This document shows positions 47,247-55,987 of a stretch of DNA of 64,000 nt, piece after piece; the stretch's first letter is position 1; each line of letters starts with the position of its first letter. The DNA lies in NCBI GenBank assembly GCA_944331875.1, contig CALVJA010000012.1, positions 638-64,637 on the forward strand, in the 5' to 3' direction. The DNA is from an uncultured Clostridia bacterium (GTDB lineage: Bacteria; Bacillota; Clostridia; Christensenellales; DTU072). The translations under genes were made by a program, and so were the position numbers. The notes under the pieces were generated by a model. The model saw only the letters and a program-made list of their open reading frames with translations. It had not been told where the DNA came from and did no database searches.

Positions 47247-48001
47247 TGTCCCCTCCTCAGAAGCGTCTGATCGTTGATCCTGTCCTGCTCGGTAGCGGTG
47301 ATCTCGACGAAACGTTTTTCGAGAGTTTCCTTGTTGCCCTTTACGTGCAGATCGATGACGTCCTGCAGCTTGCCGTCTTTGATTATCGCGGCGCGGTCGC
47401 ATATCTTGGCGACGAGATCCAGGTTGTGCGACGAGAAAAACACCGTATTCCCGTCCGCGCAGTGATCGTCCATCCTCTTCAATATCTCCGCCATCGACTG
47501 ATGGTCTAGTCCCATCATCGGTTCGTCCAGCACCCACAGTTTCGGATTGTGGATGAGCGCGGCGATGATGCATATCTTCTGTTTCATTCCGTGTGAATAC
47601 GATTTTATCTGAGTGTCGACCGCTTTCGTCAGTTTGAACTGCGAAACGTATTTGTCGAAGCGTTCGTTTCTGTCGCGTTTAGAAACTTTATACAGGTCCG
47701 CGGTGTAGTTGACGTATTCGCGGCCCGTCAGCTTTTCGTATACCGAGTGGTTGTCGGGAACGTATCCCATATTCAGTTTGGCGTTGATGGGATCGCGGGC
47801 TATGTCGTATCCGCAGATCGTTATTTTCCCGGAGTTGAACGGGTAGATCCCGGTCAGGCACTTTATCGTAGTAGATTTTCCCGCACCGTTTTGTCCCAAA
47901 AACCCGAAGATTTCGCCCGGGTTCAGTTTCAGCGACAGATCTTCCACCGAAAAACGTTCGGAGTTGAGGTACTTTTTATACAGATGACTTATTTCCAGCA
48001 T
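47243..48001 (-). CDS. ABC transporter ATP-binding protein
   Basis: 252 aa. Walker A GQNGAGKST, signature YSHGMKQK, Walker B LWVLDEP. AGGAGAAATAA SD. Confidence 0.92.
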   Translation of the reverse strand: MLEISHLYKKYLNSERFSVEDLSLKLNPGEIFGFLGQNGAGKSTTIKCLTGIYPFNSGKITICGYDIARDPINAKLNMGYVPDNHSVYEKLTGREYVNYTADLYKVSKRDRNERFDKYVSQFKLTKAVDTQIKSYSHGMKQKICIIAALIHNPKLWVLDEPMMGLDHQSMAEILKRMDDHCADGNTVFFSSHNLDLVAKICDRAAIIKDGKLQDVIDLHVKGNKETLEKRFVEITATEQDRINDQTLLRRGQ

Positions 48002-48065
48002 TTATTTCTCCTATTTATGTATTCGCGCGCGCACGCGCGCCTTTTATTATATATAATCTTTTAAT

Positions 48066-48094
48066 ACTCTATCATATTATTATATATCTGTCAA
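48066..48094 (-). promoter_or_regulatory. Candidate sigma-A-type promoter of the ABC/surface-protein cluster
   Basis: Minus strand TTGACA-17 nt-TAGAGT. The ~58-nt leader contains the GC-only hairpin GCGCGCG-UG-CGCGCGC. Confidence 0.4.
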
Positions 48095-48159
48095 CGAAAT
48101 TTTACCGTTTACTCCGTTCGGGACGCCCGAACCGCAAAAAAAGAGCTCTTTTTAATTTA

Positions 48160-48188
48160 TTGCAATTGCGCTCCCCGCGTGATAAAAT
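48160..48188 (+). promoter_or_regulatory. Candidate sigma-A-type promoter of nagB
   Basis: TTGCAA-17 nt-TAAAAT. Confidence 0.5.
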
Positions 48189-48227
48189 AAGAAAAAACGG
48201 AATATAATTACCCGAACAGGAGTTATT

Positions 48228-48956
48228 ATGATAGTCATTCAGGCAAAAGACTACGATGAAATGAGCAAAAAAGCGTACGAATCGATGAAGATCGTACTCA
48301 CGGAAAAACCGGACGCCGTCCTCGGTCTCGCGACGGGCTCCACGCCGATAGGACTGTACAAGGAAATGATCGCCGACTACAAAGCGGGCGCGGTGAGCTA
48401 CAAAAAAATGACGAGCATAAACCTGGACGAATACGTAGGTCTCCCCGTCGAGCACCCCGAGTCATACAGGAGCTTCATGAACAGAAACCTGTTCGATCAC
48501 ATCGATATCGTAAAGGAAAACACCCACGTTCCCGACGGACTCGCGGCGGATCTGAAACTGGCGGCGGACGAATACACCGCATTCGCCGCGGCGCACCCCA
48601 TCGACATACAGATCCTCGGCATAGGCGCGAACGGTCACATCGGATTCAACGAACCCGGCACCCCCTTCGATTCCCACACCCACGTCGTCGAACTAAAAGA
48701 AGGAACGCGCCGCGACAACGCGCGCTTTTTCGATAACGACATAGACCTCGTTCCCACCCACGCGGTCACGCTCGGCATGGCGGATATCATGAACGCGAAA
48801 GCGATAATCCTCTTGGCCTCCGGTGCCGGCAAGGCGGAAGCGGTGCGCGACATGGTGCTTGGTCCCGTCAGCGAGAACTGCCCCGCGTCGATACTGCAGA
48901 CGCATCCGAACGTGCTCGTCGTGACGGACGAAGCGGCGGGATATTATTTGAACTGA
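48228..48956 (+). CDS. nagB: Glucosamine-6-phosphate deaminase
   Basis: 242 aa. GLATGSTP, NLDEYVGL and GIGANGHIGFNEPG blocks. Confidence 0.93.
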   Translation: MIVIQAKDYDEMSKKAYESMKIVLTEKPDAVLGLATGSTPIGLYKEMIADYKAGAVSYKKMTSINLDEYVGLPVEHPESYRSFMNRNLFDHIDIVKENTHVPDGLAADLKLAADEYTAFAAAHPIDIQILGIGANGHIGFNEPGTPFDSHTHVVELKEGTRRDNARFFDNDIDLVPTHAVTLGMADIMNAKAIILLASGAGKAEAVRDMVLGPVSENCPASILQTHPNVLVVTDEAAGYYLN

Positions 48957-49026
48957 TTTTGTATCTGGGGATACGGAAAATCAGTTCAAATAAGTAAAAA
49001 GTAATAGTGAAGAGTGAAAAAGTAGA

Positions 49027-49057
49027 GCGGCAGTCGGATGACTGCCGCCTTTGCTTT
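49027..49057 (+). terminator. Intrinsic terminator after nagB
   Basis: GCGGCAGTC-GGAT-GACTGCCGC followed by CTTTGCTTT. Confidence 0.65.
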
Positions 49058-49125
49058 AAGGGCAAATTTCCGCGTGCGGATCTACCGCCGCATACCACTA
49101 AAAATTAATTTTTATGTTGCTTTAG

Positions 49126-49737
49126 CTACAGATTTTCCTCGTTTATTTCCCTGTCCCTGTAGTAATATCTTTTGTCGCGTTCTCCTATTTCGCGCGCCAC
49201 CCTGCAGGGATTGCCGAAAGCCACGGAATTCGCGGGAATATCTTTCGTGACCACAGCCCCCGCGCCTATCACGGAATTGTCGCCTATCGAAACTCCGGGA
49301 ACTATGACTACGCCCGCGCCTATCCAGCAATTTCTTCCTATCCTTACGGGCATATTGAATTGGTACGCCTTCTCCCTCAATTGCGGAAGTATCGGGTGTC
49401 CCGCCGTCGCCACGGTGACGTTGGGGCCGAACATCGTATTGTCGCCGACATATATATGCGTGTCGTCCACGAGCGTCAGACCGAAATTGGCGTACACATT
49501 GTTGCCGAGGTGAACATGCCTTCCGCCCCAATTTGCGTGAAGCGGAGGTTCTATATACACGTTTTCGCCGACCTCGGCAAACATCCGTTTCAGGAGATCT
49601 CCCCGCTTTTCCGCTTCCCCGGGGCGCGTCGCGTTGTAATCGTATAATAGTTCCATGCACTCCGCCTGCCGTTTCATGAGATCTTCGTCGCCAGGCAGAT
49701 AAAGTTCACCCGAATGCAGCTTTTCGTATATATCCAT
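49126..49737 (-). CDS. maa: Maltose/galactoside O-acetyltransferase (hexapeptide-repeat)
   Basis: 203 aa. N-terminal Mac domain (MKRQAECMELLYDYN) and left-handed beta-helix hexapeptides (IGRNCWIGAGVVIVPGVSIGDNSVIGAGAVV). Confidence 0.88.
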   Translation of the reverse strand: MDIYEKLHSGELYLPGDEDLMKRQAECMELLYDYNATRPGEAEKRGDLLKRMFAEVGENVYIEPPLHANWGGRHVHLGNNVYANFGLTLVDDTHIYVGDNTMFGPNVTVATAGHPILPQLREKAYQFNMPVRIGRNCWIGAGVVIVPGVSIGDNSVIGAGAVVTKDIPANSVAFGNPCRVAREIGERDKRYYYRDREINEENL

Positions 49738-49879
49738 GATCCGTATCCTTTTATAGTCTTTGCAGCCATATTATATCCGCTCTCCCATTCTTTTTCAAGA
49801 TTATTTTCGAGGCGAAGTCGGTATTTTTTTGTTTTCGCGGGCAATAATCATCGATATCAACAGGATACCGGAGGTAAAA

Positions 49880-50467
49880 ATGAAACTCAAAGAAAGTAAA
49901 ACTTATTTGAACCTCGCAAAATCGTTCGCGGGCGAATGTCAGGCGATGGTGCGTTACAGATTCATGGAGTACGGGCTCAGAAAAGAGGGCTACAAGTGTC
50001 TGGCGGAGATGGTAGACAACGTTGCTTACAACGAATTCCAGCACGCCAGGATGTTCTATACGAAGCTGCAGGGCGCGGACAACATGCAGATAGACAACAT
50101 AGATATCTCGTCGGGATATCCTTTCCGCCAAAAATGGGATCTGAAGGAGAACCTGAGGCTTGCCGCCATCGACGAGGGGGACGAGTCGGACAGGATTTAT
50201 GCCGAATACGAACGGACGGCGCGCGAAGAAGGTTTCGAGGACATCGCCGAGCTTTACAAAAACGTGCGCCAGGTGGAAAACTGCCACAGAATGCTTTTCG
50301 AGGATCTGTTCGAACAGATGAATACGGGAACTCTGTATTCGAAGCCGACAAAACAAAAATGGAAATGCTCCGCATGCGGATACGAGGAAGAAGGAAAGAA
50401 CGCTTTCTCCGTATGCCCGCTTTGCGGCGAGATGCAGGGCGCGGTCATGCTGAAAGTGGAGTCGTAA
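49880..50467 (+). CDS. rbr: Rubrerythrin
   Basis: 195 aa from ATG 49880 (GGAGGTAAAA SD). Ferritin-like di-iron helices plus a C-terminal rubredoxin-like CSACG...CPLCG. Confidence 0.9.
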   Translation: MKLKESKTYLNLAKSFAGECQAMVRYRFMEYGLRKEGYKCLAEMVDNVAYNEFQHARMFYTKLQGADNMQIDNIDISSGYPFRQKWDLKENLRLAAIDEGDESDRIYAEYERTAREEGFEDIAELYKNVRQVENCHRMLFEDLFEQMNTGTLYSKPTKQKWKCSACGYEEEGKNAFSVCPLCGEMQGAVMLKVES

Positions 50468-50492
50468 GCGCCTTGAAACGCAGTATGTGACG

Positions 50493-50522
50493 AAAAAGTC
50501 CGCTCGTTCGAGCGGACTTTTT
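50493..50522. terminator. Bidirectional intrinsic terminator
   Basis: AAAAAGTCCGCTCG-TT-CGAGCGGACTTTTT between convergent rbr and the ROK-family gene. Confidence 0.75.
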
Positions 50523-50539
50523 ATGTCATATCGAGAATA

Positions 50540-51874
50540 TCACAGCTGGGTCGCGGTAAAACTCTGTCCGAGCCGTCTGGACATTTCGTCGGGAAGTTCT
50601 ATCGTAACGGCGCTGCCCTCTTTTTTCAGAAGCTCCCTCGCCGTGGAGATCAGCGTATCGCCGCCCTTGCCGCTCGTCACCCTGCCCAGGAAAATGGCTT
50701 TGTCGAAATCGTAGAATTCGTTGAACCACATCAGAGTATAAGCCGCGTATTCGCCTAATCTCGTGAATATCGCCGCCGCCCTTTCGTCGCCCTCTTCCGC
50801 AAGGTTTTGAACGACTTTCAGCTTCTCCGCGGGTGTCAAAGAGGGATCGAGCTCTATCCCCGCCTCCGGCGCAAGACGTATGACCGCGTCCTGGGAATGG
50901 TACATACCGCCCACGCCTCTGTCGCCGCTCCATTCGTCCGCCGCGGCCTCCCTGTTCGCGTCCACGGGAACGAAGGCGAGCTCGTTCAGATACCCGCGTA
51001 TGCGCATATCCCTGTCGACGTATCCGCCCGCGAGACTTGTGCCCATCGCTATCCCGAGAACGCCGCCGCGCTTCAAGCCGAACGCGCCCGCAAGCGCCGC
51101 CACGTCGCCGTCGTTTGCCACCTTGACGGGGCAGCCGTACTCCGCGGCGAGATTTTTGTATATCGGGAATATCTTTTCGGCGTACACTTCCTCGGGAACT
51201 TTACGGAACAACGAAGCGACCCTCACCTCGTTATCCACCACGATGCCCGCAGTCGATACGCCTATCGCGTCCACTTCGCCGCCGAGAGCCTCGAGCGCCG
51301 CGTCGACGCTTTCGTGAATTCCGTCAATGTGGTACTGCGGATCGGAATTGAGCTTCGGGTGCCATATCGTTTCGTTTTCGTATACCGGAACGCCGTTTAT
51401 GCACGCGGTGACCTTTCTGTCTGAGCCGCCCGCGTCGAAGCCTATGCGCTTTCCCGCGCCCTCGGGGGCGGCGGGAGCGGCTGTGACGGACTCGGCGGGG
51501 AGTTTGTCCGGGGACGTTACCGCCTCGAACTCAAGACCCCTAAGGTACACGCCTTTCATGAATTTATAGTCGAAACTTCTTTCGCCCATGTCCGAATAGC
51601 ATTCGGAGAGCCTATTTAGAAGCTTTTTGTCGGCTCCGTATATGTAAAACTTATAGCCGCCGTACGCCCACAGCAAAAACTTTATTATGCGTTCGGCATA
51701 CGCGAAATTTTCGTCGTCGTGCCCCTCGGCGTACAGTACGGTCGAGTACCTCGCAACCTCGCCTTCGCCGCGCCTCAAGGCGATCTCAAAGGGCTTTTCG
51801 CCCGCCTTTACCGCCGCGTCGGTGAAATCGCGCGCGTACAGGTACATAGGGTAATAGTTTTTATCTAGCATCAT
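50540..51874 (-). CDS. ROK/ASKHA-family sugar kinase with ~190-aa N-terminal extension
   Basis: 444 aa from ATG 51874 (ATGA overlap with the upstream stop). GFDAGGSD, ANDGDVAALAGA and GIAMGTSLAGG blocks in the C-terminal two thirds. Confidence 0.75.
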   Translation of the reverse strand: MMLDKNYYPMYLYARDFTDAAVKAGEKPFEIALRRGEGEVARYSTVLYAEGHDDENFAYAERIIKFLLWAYGGYKFYIYGADKKLLNRLSECYSDMGERSFDYKFMKGVYLRGLEFEAVTSPDKLPAESVTAAPAAPEGAGKRIGFDAGGSDRKVTACINGVPVYENETIWHPKLNSDPQYHIDGIHESVDAALEALGGEVDAIGVSTAGIVVDNEVRVASLFRKVPEEVYAEKIFPIYKNLAAEYGCPVKVANDGDVAALAGAFGLKRGGVLGIAMGTSLAGGYVDRDMRIRGYLNELAFVPVDANREAAADEWSGDRGVGGMYHSQDAVIRLAPEAGIELDPSLTPAEKLKVVQNLAEEGDERAAAIFTRLGEYAAYTLMWFNEFYDFDKAIFLGRVTSGKGGDTLISTARELLKKEGSAVTIELPDEMSRRLGQSFTATQL

Positions 51875-52710
51875 TCCAGCCTCCATTTTTCGATATGGAC
51901 TATCTCCTCGCCCGGTGCGACGGTCACCGCGGGCGACAGCGTTTCGCACTCGTGAATGAGGTCGCTGGTGTATGTTTCGAAATTCGACGTAAAATCGGGA
52001 TACGCGCCGGGTAAGGCTGTGCATTCCTTCGTAAAAAGCGTGTCGCCGTAACGGTAATACGCGCGGATGTTATCGAGATACGTTCCTATCTTCAGCGGTT
52101 TTTCCGCCTCGGTGGAGCCGGTGAGTATGATGCGGTCGTTCGCTATCGTGAGGCGCGGGTCGTTGATGTCGGTATAATGCCACAAAACGATGTTCCTGTT
52201 CGCCAGATATCCCGTGTCCTCGGTGGAAAGCGGCAGCGTAAGCGTACCGCCGCATTTCATTACCGTCAACGCCCATACGATGAGCGTTTGGGGCGCCGAG
52301 GATATGTTTTTGACGCGCATTTTGACTTCCAGCGCGCCGTCCGGAGTAAACGTAAGTTCCAATACGGGCTGCACGCCCCTTTCCGTCCACGCGGGCGGCG
52401 TGAACATCGCGCCGTCCGGCTTCAGTTCCGACACCACCGGCGCGTTGTCGGGGTAGTATGTCGCGAGAGACTCCGGCGAAAGCCATATCCTGTGACCGCC
52501 GTATATGTGCCACTTTTTGCCCTCGCCGTACACCTCGGAAACGTCCTTGGACACGTTGTCGCCGACATCCTCGAACATTATGTTTTCGCCGTCCGTTTTC
52601 TGCAGCTTGATGATCCTGGGACCCACGTCCAGAGTCACTCCCACGACGATATTGCCGTTAGTGAGCTCCAATGTCCTTCCCAAAAAACAACTTCCTATCT
52701 TTGCTTCCAT
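51871..52710 (-). CDS. Hypothetical protein, possibly mutarotase-like (DUF4380-like)
   Basis: 279 aa, all-beta-looking. The GGHRIWLSPE block resembles what I recall of DUF4380. The functional assignment is tentative. Confidence 0.6.
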   Translation of the reverse strand: MEAKIGSCFLGRTLELTNGNIVVGVTLDVGPRIIKLQKTDGENIMFEDVGDNVSKDVSEVYGEGKKWHIYGGHRIWLSPESLATYYPDNAPVVSELKPDGAMFTPPAWTERGVQPVLELTFTPDGALEVKMRVKNISSAPQTLIVWALTVMKCGGTLTLPLSTEDTGYLANRNIVLWHYTDINDPRLTIANDRIILTGSTEAEKPLKIGTYLDNIRAYYRYGDTLFTKECTALPGAYPDFTSNFETYTSDLIHECETLSPAVTVAPGEEIVHIEKWRLE

Positions 52711-52739
52711 ATAAACTCCCGAAATCGATTTTTTATACG

Positions 52740-55700
52740 CTAAAACGTTATATGCAGGATGAGTTTGACGAGCGTTCCGCGCGAAATTAACGAACTTGCA
52801 ATGCTGATACCCATTTCCCGGGCGATGTCGCGCGCTTCGTCTATGACGCCCTGGGTGCCGCCGAGAGACGTCGTGAACTCATTGTCCAGCGCTACGCTGA
52901 ACCACGCGTTGCCGGGCATCCTCGACGTAACGAATTCGAACGCCGCCGCGAGTTCCTCGACGGAGCCTATCGTTAGATCGGTGCCCTCGCCGGTGGATAT
53001 CTCGTATGCGTACAGTCTGCTGTCCGTAGGAGTTGCGTAGTGGGTGCCGTAGAACCGGCGCGAGACTGCCGCGTCGTCGTAACTGAGCAGGAAATACTCG
53101 TGGTCTATCGTTTCGTAATTATCGTTTCCTACCTGTATGGTCATGTTCGCCCACGTCGGGTCGACATAGAAGTAGCGTCCGTCTATCACCAACGCGTTCC
53201 ATGTGTGTCCCACGGCGGGGACGTTCCTGGTGACGCCCATTATCTTGTAACTATGTATACCTTCCATGCTGCACATCAGCGCATACGCTTTGGCGATGCC
53301 GTCGCATACGGCTGTGCCGTCGTCGAAAACGCCCTCCGGATAGAACGCGTTATACGAGCCTATGCCTGCGACTCCGACCCTAGCCGCGGCAAGGTTGTCG
53401 TAGCTGACGTTGACGGCTATCCAATCGTATATCGCAAGAGCTTTGTCTATGTCGCTCATACCGCTATCGATGATCGAGTTCAGCGCGCTTTTCGCCTTGT
53501 TATATATCCTTTCCGCGGCGGAACCCTGAGCGGGGAGCGGTCTGTAGCCGTTTATCGCCGCATAATAAAGCTGGTTAGACGTGCTCACCTCAAGCGTGTA
53601 TTCCAGGCTCTCTATCGGGAGTGCCGCGCCCGTGCCCCTCGGGTCGGAGGAATAATTCGTCAGCGCGTCCTCTACGTCGGGATAACGACCGTCGGTATTG
53701 TCCGGCTCGTACATCCCTACGGGGGATAAGTCGGACAGGACCGCAACGGAATATGTGACTCTGCCCGCCCGATCGGCGGATGTCACCCTTATCCCGAGGC
53801 TCACCGATTCGACGTATCCGTACACCGCCGCCACCATGATATGGTATGCGTCGCGTTGGTCCTCGCTGTAGCCGGAGATGCTGTCGGGATCGAGGACAGC
53901 GTCGTCGAACGTATAGAACTCCGCGGGAAGATCCTCGAAATCGAACGGTATAAACAAATCGACGCTGTACCATGTATTTTCGCCCGATGCGGTCGCGTCG
54001 ACCAGCTCCGCGGGTCTGAACAGGGAAATGTAGTTTATGATATCCCCGAGCTCTTCGACGTCGGATATGTAACCGTCGAGTCCCCCCGCGACCTCGGCAA
54101 AGTATTCGTAATGCGAGGGAGTGAAAGTCCCCGCCTCGTAATTCACCCAATCCGTCCAGTTATCGTATCGGGAACCCCGTACTCTGACGGCGAAACTTTC
54201 CGCACAGTTCGCCATGTCGTCGGGAATGACCGCATGGTTCCTGCCGAAATACTCCGCGTTGAGGACGGAGTTCAACGACACGATGGCGCCGTTTACGTTT
54301 ATCTCTATATAATAGTCGCTCTCGTACGGGAGCGCGTCCCACAGGACTTTGACCTGCCCTTCCGGCGTTCCCTCCACGGTCACGCCGTAAATATCGTTTT
54401 CGGAGCCGCCCGCGCCTACGACGACGGTGACGGTTTCGGAGACCACTCCGGAGGCTACGCTCTTGACCACCGCTTCAGCCGTGAAAGAATATGTGCCCGT
54501 TTCCTCGAAGATATATGTCAGATCGCTTATGACGTCTGCGCCGCCCGTCTGCGCCGCGGGCGCGCGGTTGAACGTTTGACTGGTAACGACGCCGTCCTCG
54601 TCCGTATGCGTGACGGTCCAGCGGTACTGCTCCGGCGGATACTGACCGCTCGTATACGTCACCAGGAAGCGCGCGGAATCGCCTACGAGATAATCGTAAT
54701 TTTCGCCTCCCCCGATAACGTCAAGACTGATGCTCTCGAGCGGACTGTAGATTATCAGCGGATCCGATTCAAGCACCTGCCGCTGCGTGCCGTTCGAAAG
54801 CTCCGCCCTGATGACATACTCGCCCGGAGGCAGCGTCGACGGAGTGTAATTCAATATCTTGCTCCCCCTGGACACGCCGTCCTCTATGGGGAACGTGTTT
54901 ACATACCACACTATCTCCGGCTCCGGGTCGGATATCGAATCCAGCTGTATCAGATTGAATTGCAGCGTTTCGGGGCTTCCCGCTATCTGCCGCATCGCGC
55001 TTTCGTCCGTTATAAGCTCCATGCGGTAATTGAGCGCGGAATATCTGACGTCTATCGTGACGTGCGTTTCCACCTGCGTGTCGAACGCGCCCTGCCGCGG
55101 AGTTCTGACCCATATAGCGACCTTGCCGATCCCGCGCGGAGTCACGAATCCCGAGGAATCTACCGTCGCTATCGAGGTGTCGTCGGAGGAATATTCGACG
55201 TTTCTGCCTATCGACGCGTGCGAGGGTCTGAATTGCGGGTTAAGCTGTACGCCGCCGCTGTGCAGTTCGACCACGATGACGTTTTCCGAAAAAATTATCT
55301 GCTCGACAGCGACCTCCTCTATCGTCACGGTCACCTCGACATACACGTCTGAAGACTGGTCGGAAGTGATGACGACTATAATGTCCTGTACGTTGCCCTC
55401 TTCGTCCTGCTTCACCTCTCCCCTTGCGGTCAGCGTGCCGTCCGTCCCGACCAGAAGATATCTCCTGTCCGAGTTGTCCCTGAGGGAATAATGCACGCCC
55501 TGGCTCGCCGTTTCCGTGGGATATACCCTGGGCTCCAATTTGTAGGTGGAAGCGTCGCCCGTCGGCGAAAGATAGATATGCGTCGTTTCAATTTCGATAC
55601 GCTCGGCGGCGCCCTCCGAAGGAGTGCAGCCCGCGGCGATCGAAACGACGATAAGCGCCGCCATAACGATCAATATGATGCCGATAGCCCTTTTTCGCAT
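52740..55700 (-). CDS. Lipoprotein with Big_2 repeats and C-terminal transglutaminase-like cysteine protease core
   Basis: 986 aa. Lipobox SIAAGC. Big_2-like block VEYSSDDTSIATVDSSGFVTPRGIGKVAIWV. Cys-His-Asp core AVCDGIAKAY ... VGHTWNALV ... YVDPTW. Confidence 0.8.
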   Translation of the reverse strand: MRKRAIGIILIVMAALIVVSIAAGCTPSEGAAERIEIETTHIYLSPTGDASTYKLEPRVYPTETASQGVHYSLRDNSDRRYLLVGTDGTLTARGEVKQDEEGNVQDIIVVITSDQSSDVYVEVTVTIEEVAVEQIIFSENVIVVELHSGGVQLNPQFRPSHASIGRNVEYSSDDTSIATVDSSGFVTPRGIGKVAIWVRTPRQGAFDTQVETHVTIDVRYSALNYRMELITDESAMRQIAGSPETLQFNLIQLDSISDPEPEIVWYVNTFPIEDGVSRGSKILNYTPSTLPPGEYVIRAELSNGTQRQVLESDPLIIYSPLESISLDVIGGGENYDYLVGDSARFLVTYTSGQYPPEQYRWTVTHTDEDGVVTSQTFNRAPAAQTGGADVISDLTYIFEETGTYSFTAEAVVKSVASGVVSETVTVVVGAGGSENDIYGVTVEGTPEGQVKVLWDALPYESDYYIEINVNGAIVSLNSVLNAEYFGRNHAVIPDDMANCAESFAVRVRGSRYDNWTDWVNYEAGTFTPSHYEYFAEVAGGLDGYISDVEELGDIINYISLFRPAELVDATASGENTWYSVDLFIPFDFEDLPAEFYTFDDAVLDPDSISGYSEDQRDAYHIMVAAVYGYVESVSLGIRVTSADRAGRVTYSVAVLSDLSPVGMYEPDNTDGRYPDVEDALTNYSSDPRGTGAALPIESLEYTLEVSTSNQLYYAAINGYRPLPAQGSAAERIYNKAKSALNSIIDSGMSDIDKALAIYDWIAVNVSYDNLAAARVGVAGIGSYNAFYPEGVFDDGTAVCDGIAKAYALMCSMEGIHSYKIMGVTRNVPAVGHTWNALVIDGRYFYVDPTWANMTIQVGNDNYETIDHEYFLLSYDDAAVSRRFYGTHYATPTDSRLYAYEISTGEGTDLTIGSVEELAAAFEFVTSRMPGNAWFSVALDNEFTTSLGGTQGVIDEARDIAREMGISIASSLISRGTLVKLILHITF

Positions 55701-55785
55701 ACCACCTCACGTTCGGGATGGACCCGTTCACTGCCGGGGATCCGCCGTAACATATGCGCGCATACGCGCACACATATACATAATG

Positions 55786-55814
55786 ATACTACACCGTATC
55801 CCGAGATTTGTCAA
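55786..55814 (-). promoter_or_regulatory. Sigma-A-type promoter of the lipoprotein operon
   Basis: Minus strand TTGACA-17 nt-TAGTAT. The predicted transcript begins at the 33-nt alternating purine-pyrimidine tract. Confidence 0.55.
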
Positions 55815-55987
55815 CCCCCCTTATCTCTTTTGCCCGCCGACGCCGGGAAAGCGGCGTTTCTTTGAAACGGTAAAATTTCATTATCGTTACGATTTATGTG
55901 TTATAATACTGCCGAGAACGCAGGAAAGGTGCAAACTTGAACGAAATCCCGGCGGTCATCAAAACGAAAGGAAACCACGGAACGACC

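Noticed and set aside
48102-48455. 117-aa minus-strand ORF overlapping the nagB start region
   Set aside because: It overlaps the well-supported nagB gene and its promoter. There is no SD and no recognisable motif.
49738-49879. A PerR/Fur box upstream of rubrerythrin (AATAATCATCGATAT at about 49843-49857)
   Set aside because: It is only a weak 7-1-7 match, with about half the positions agreeing with TTATAATNATTATAA. That is not enough to call.
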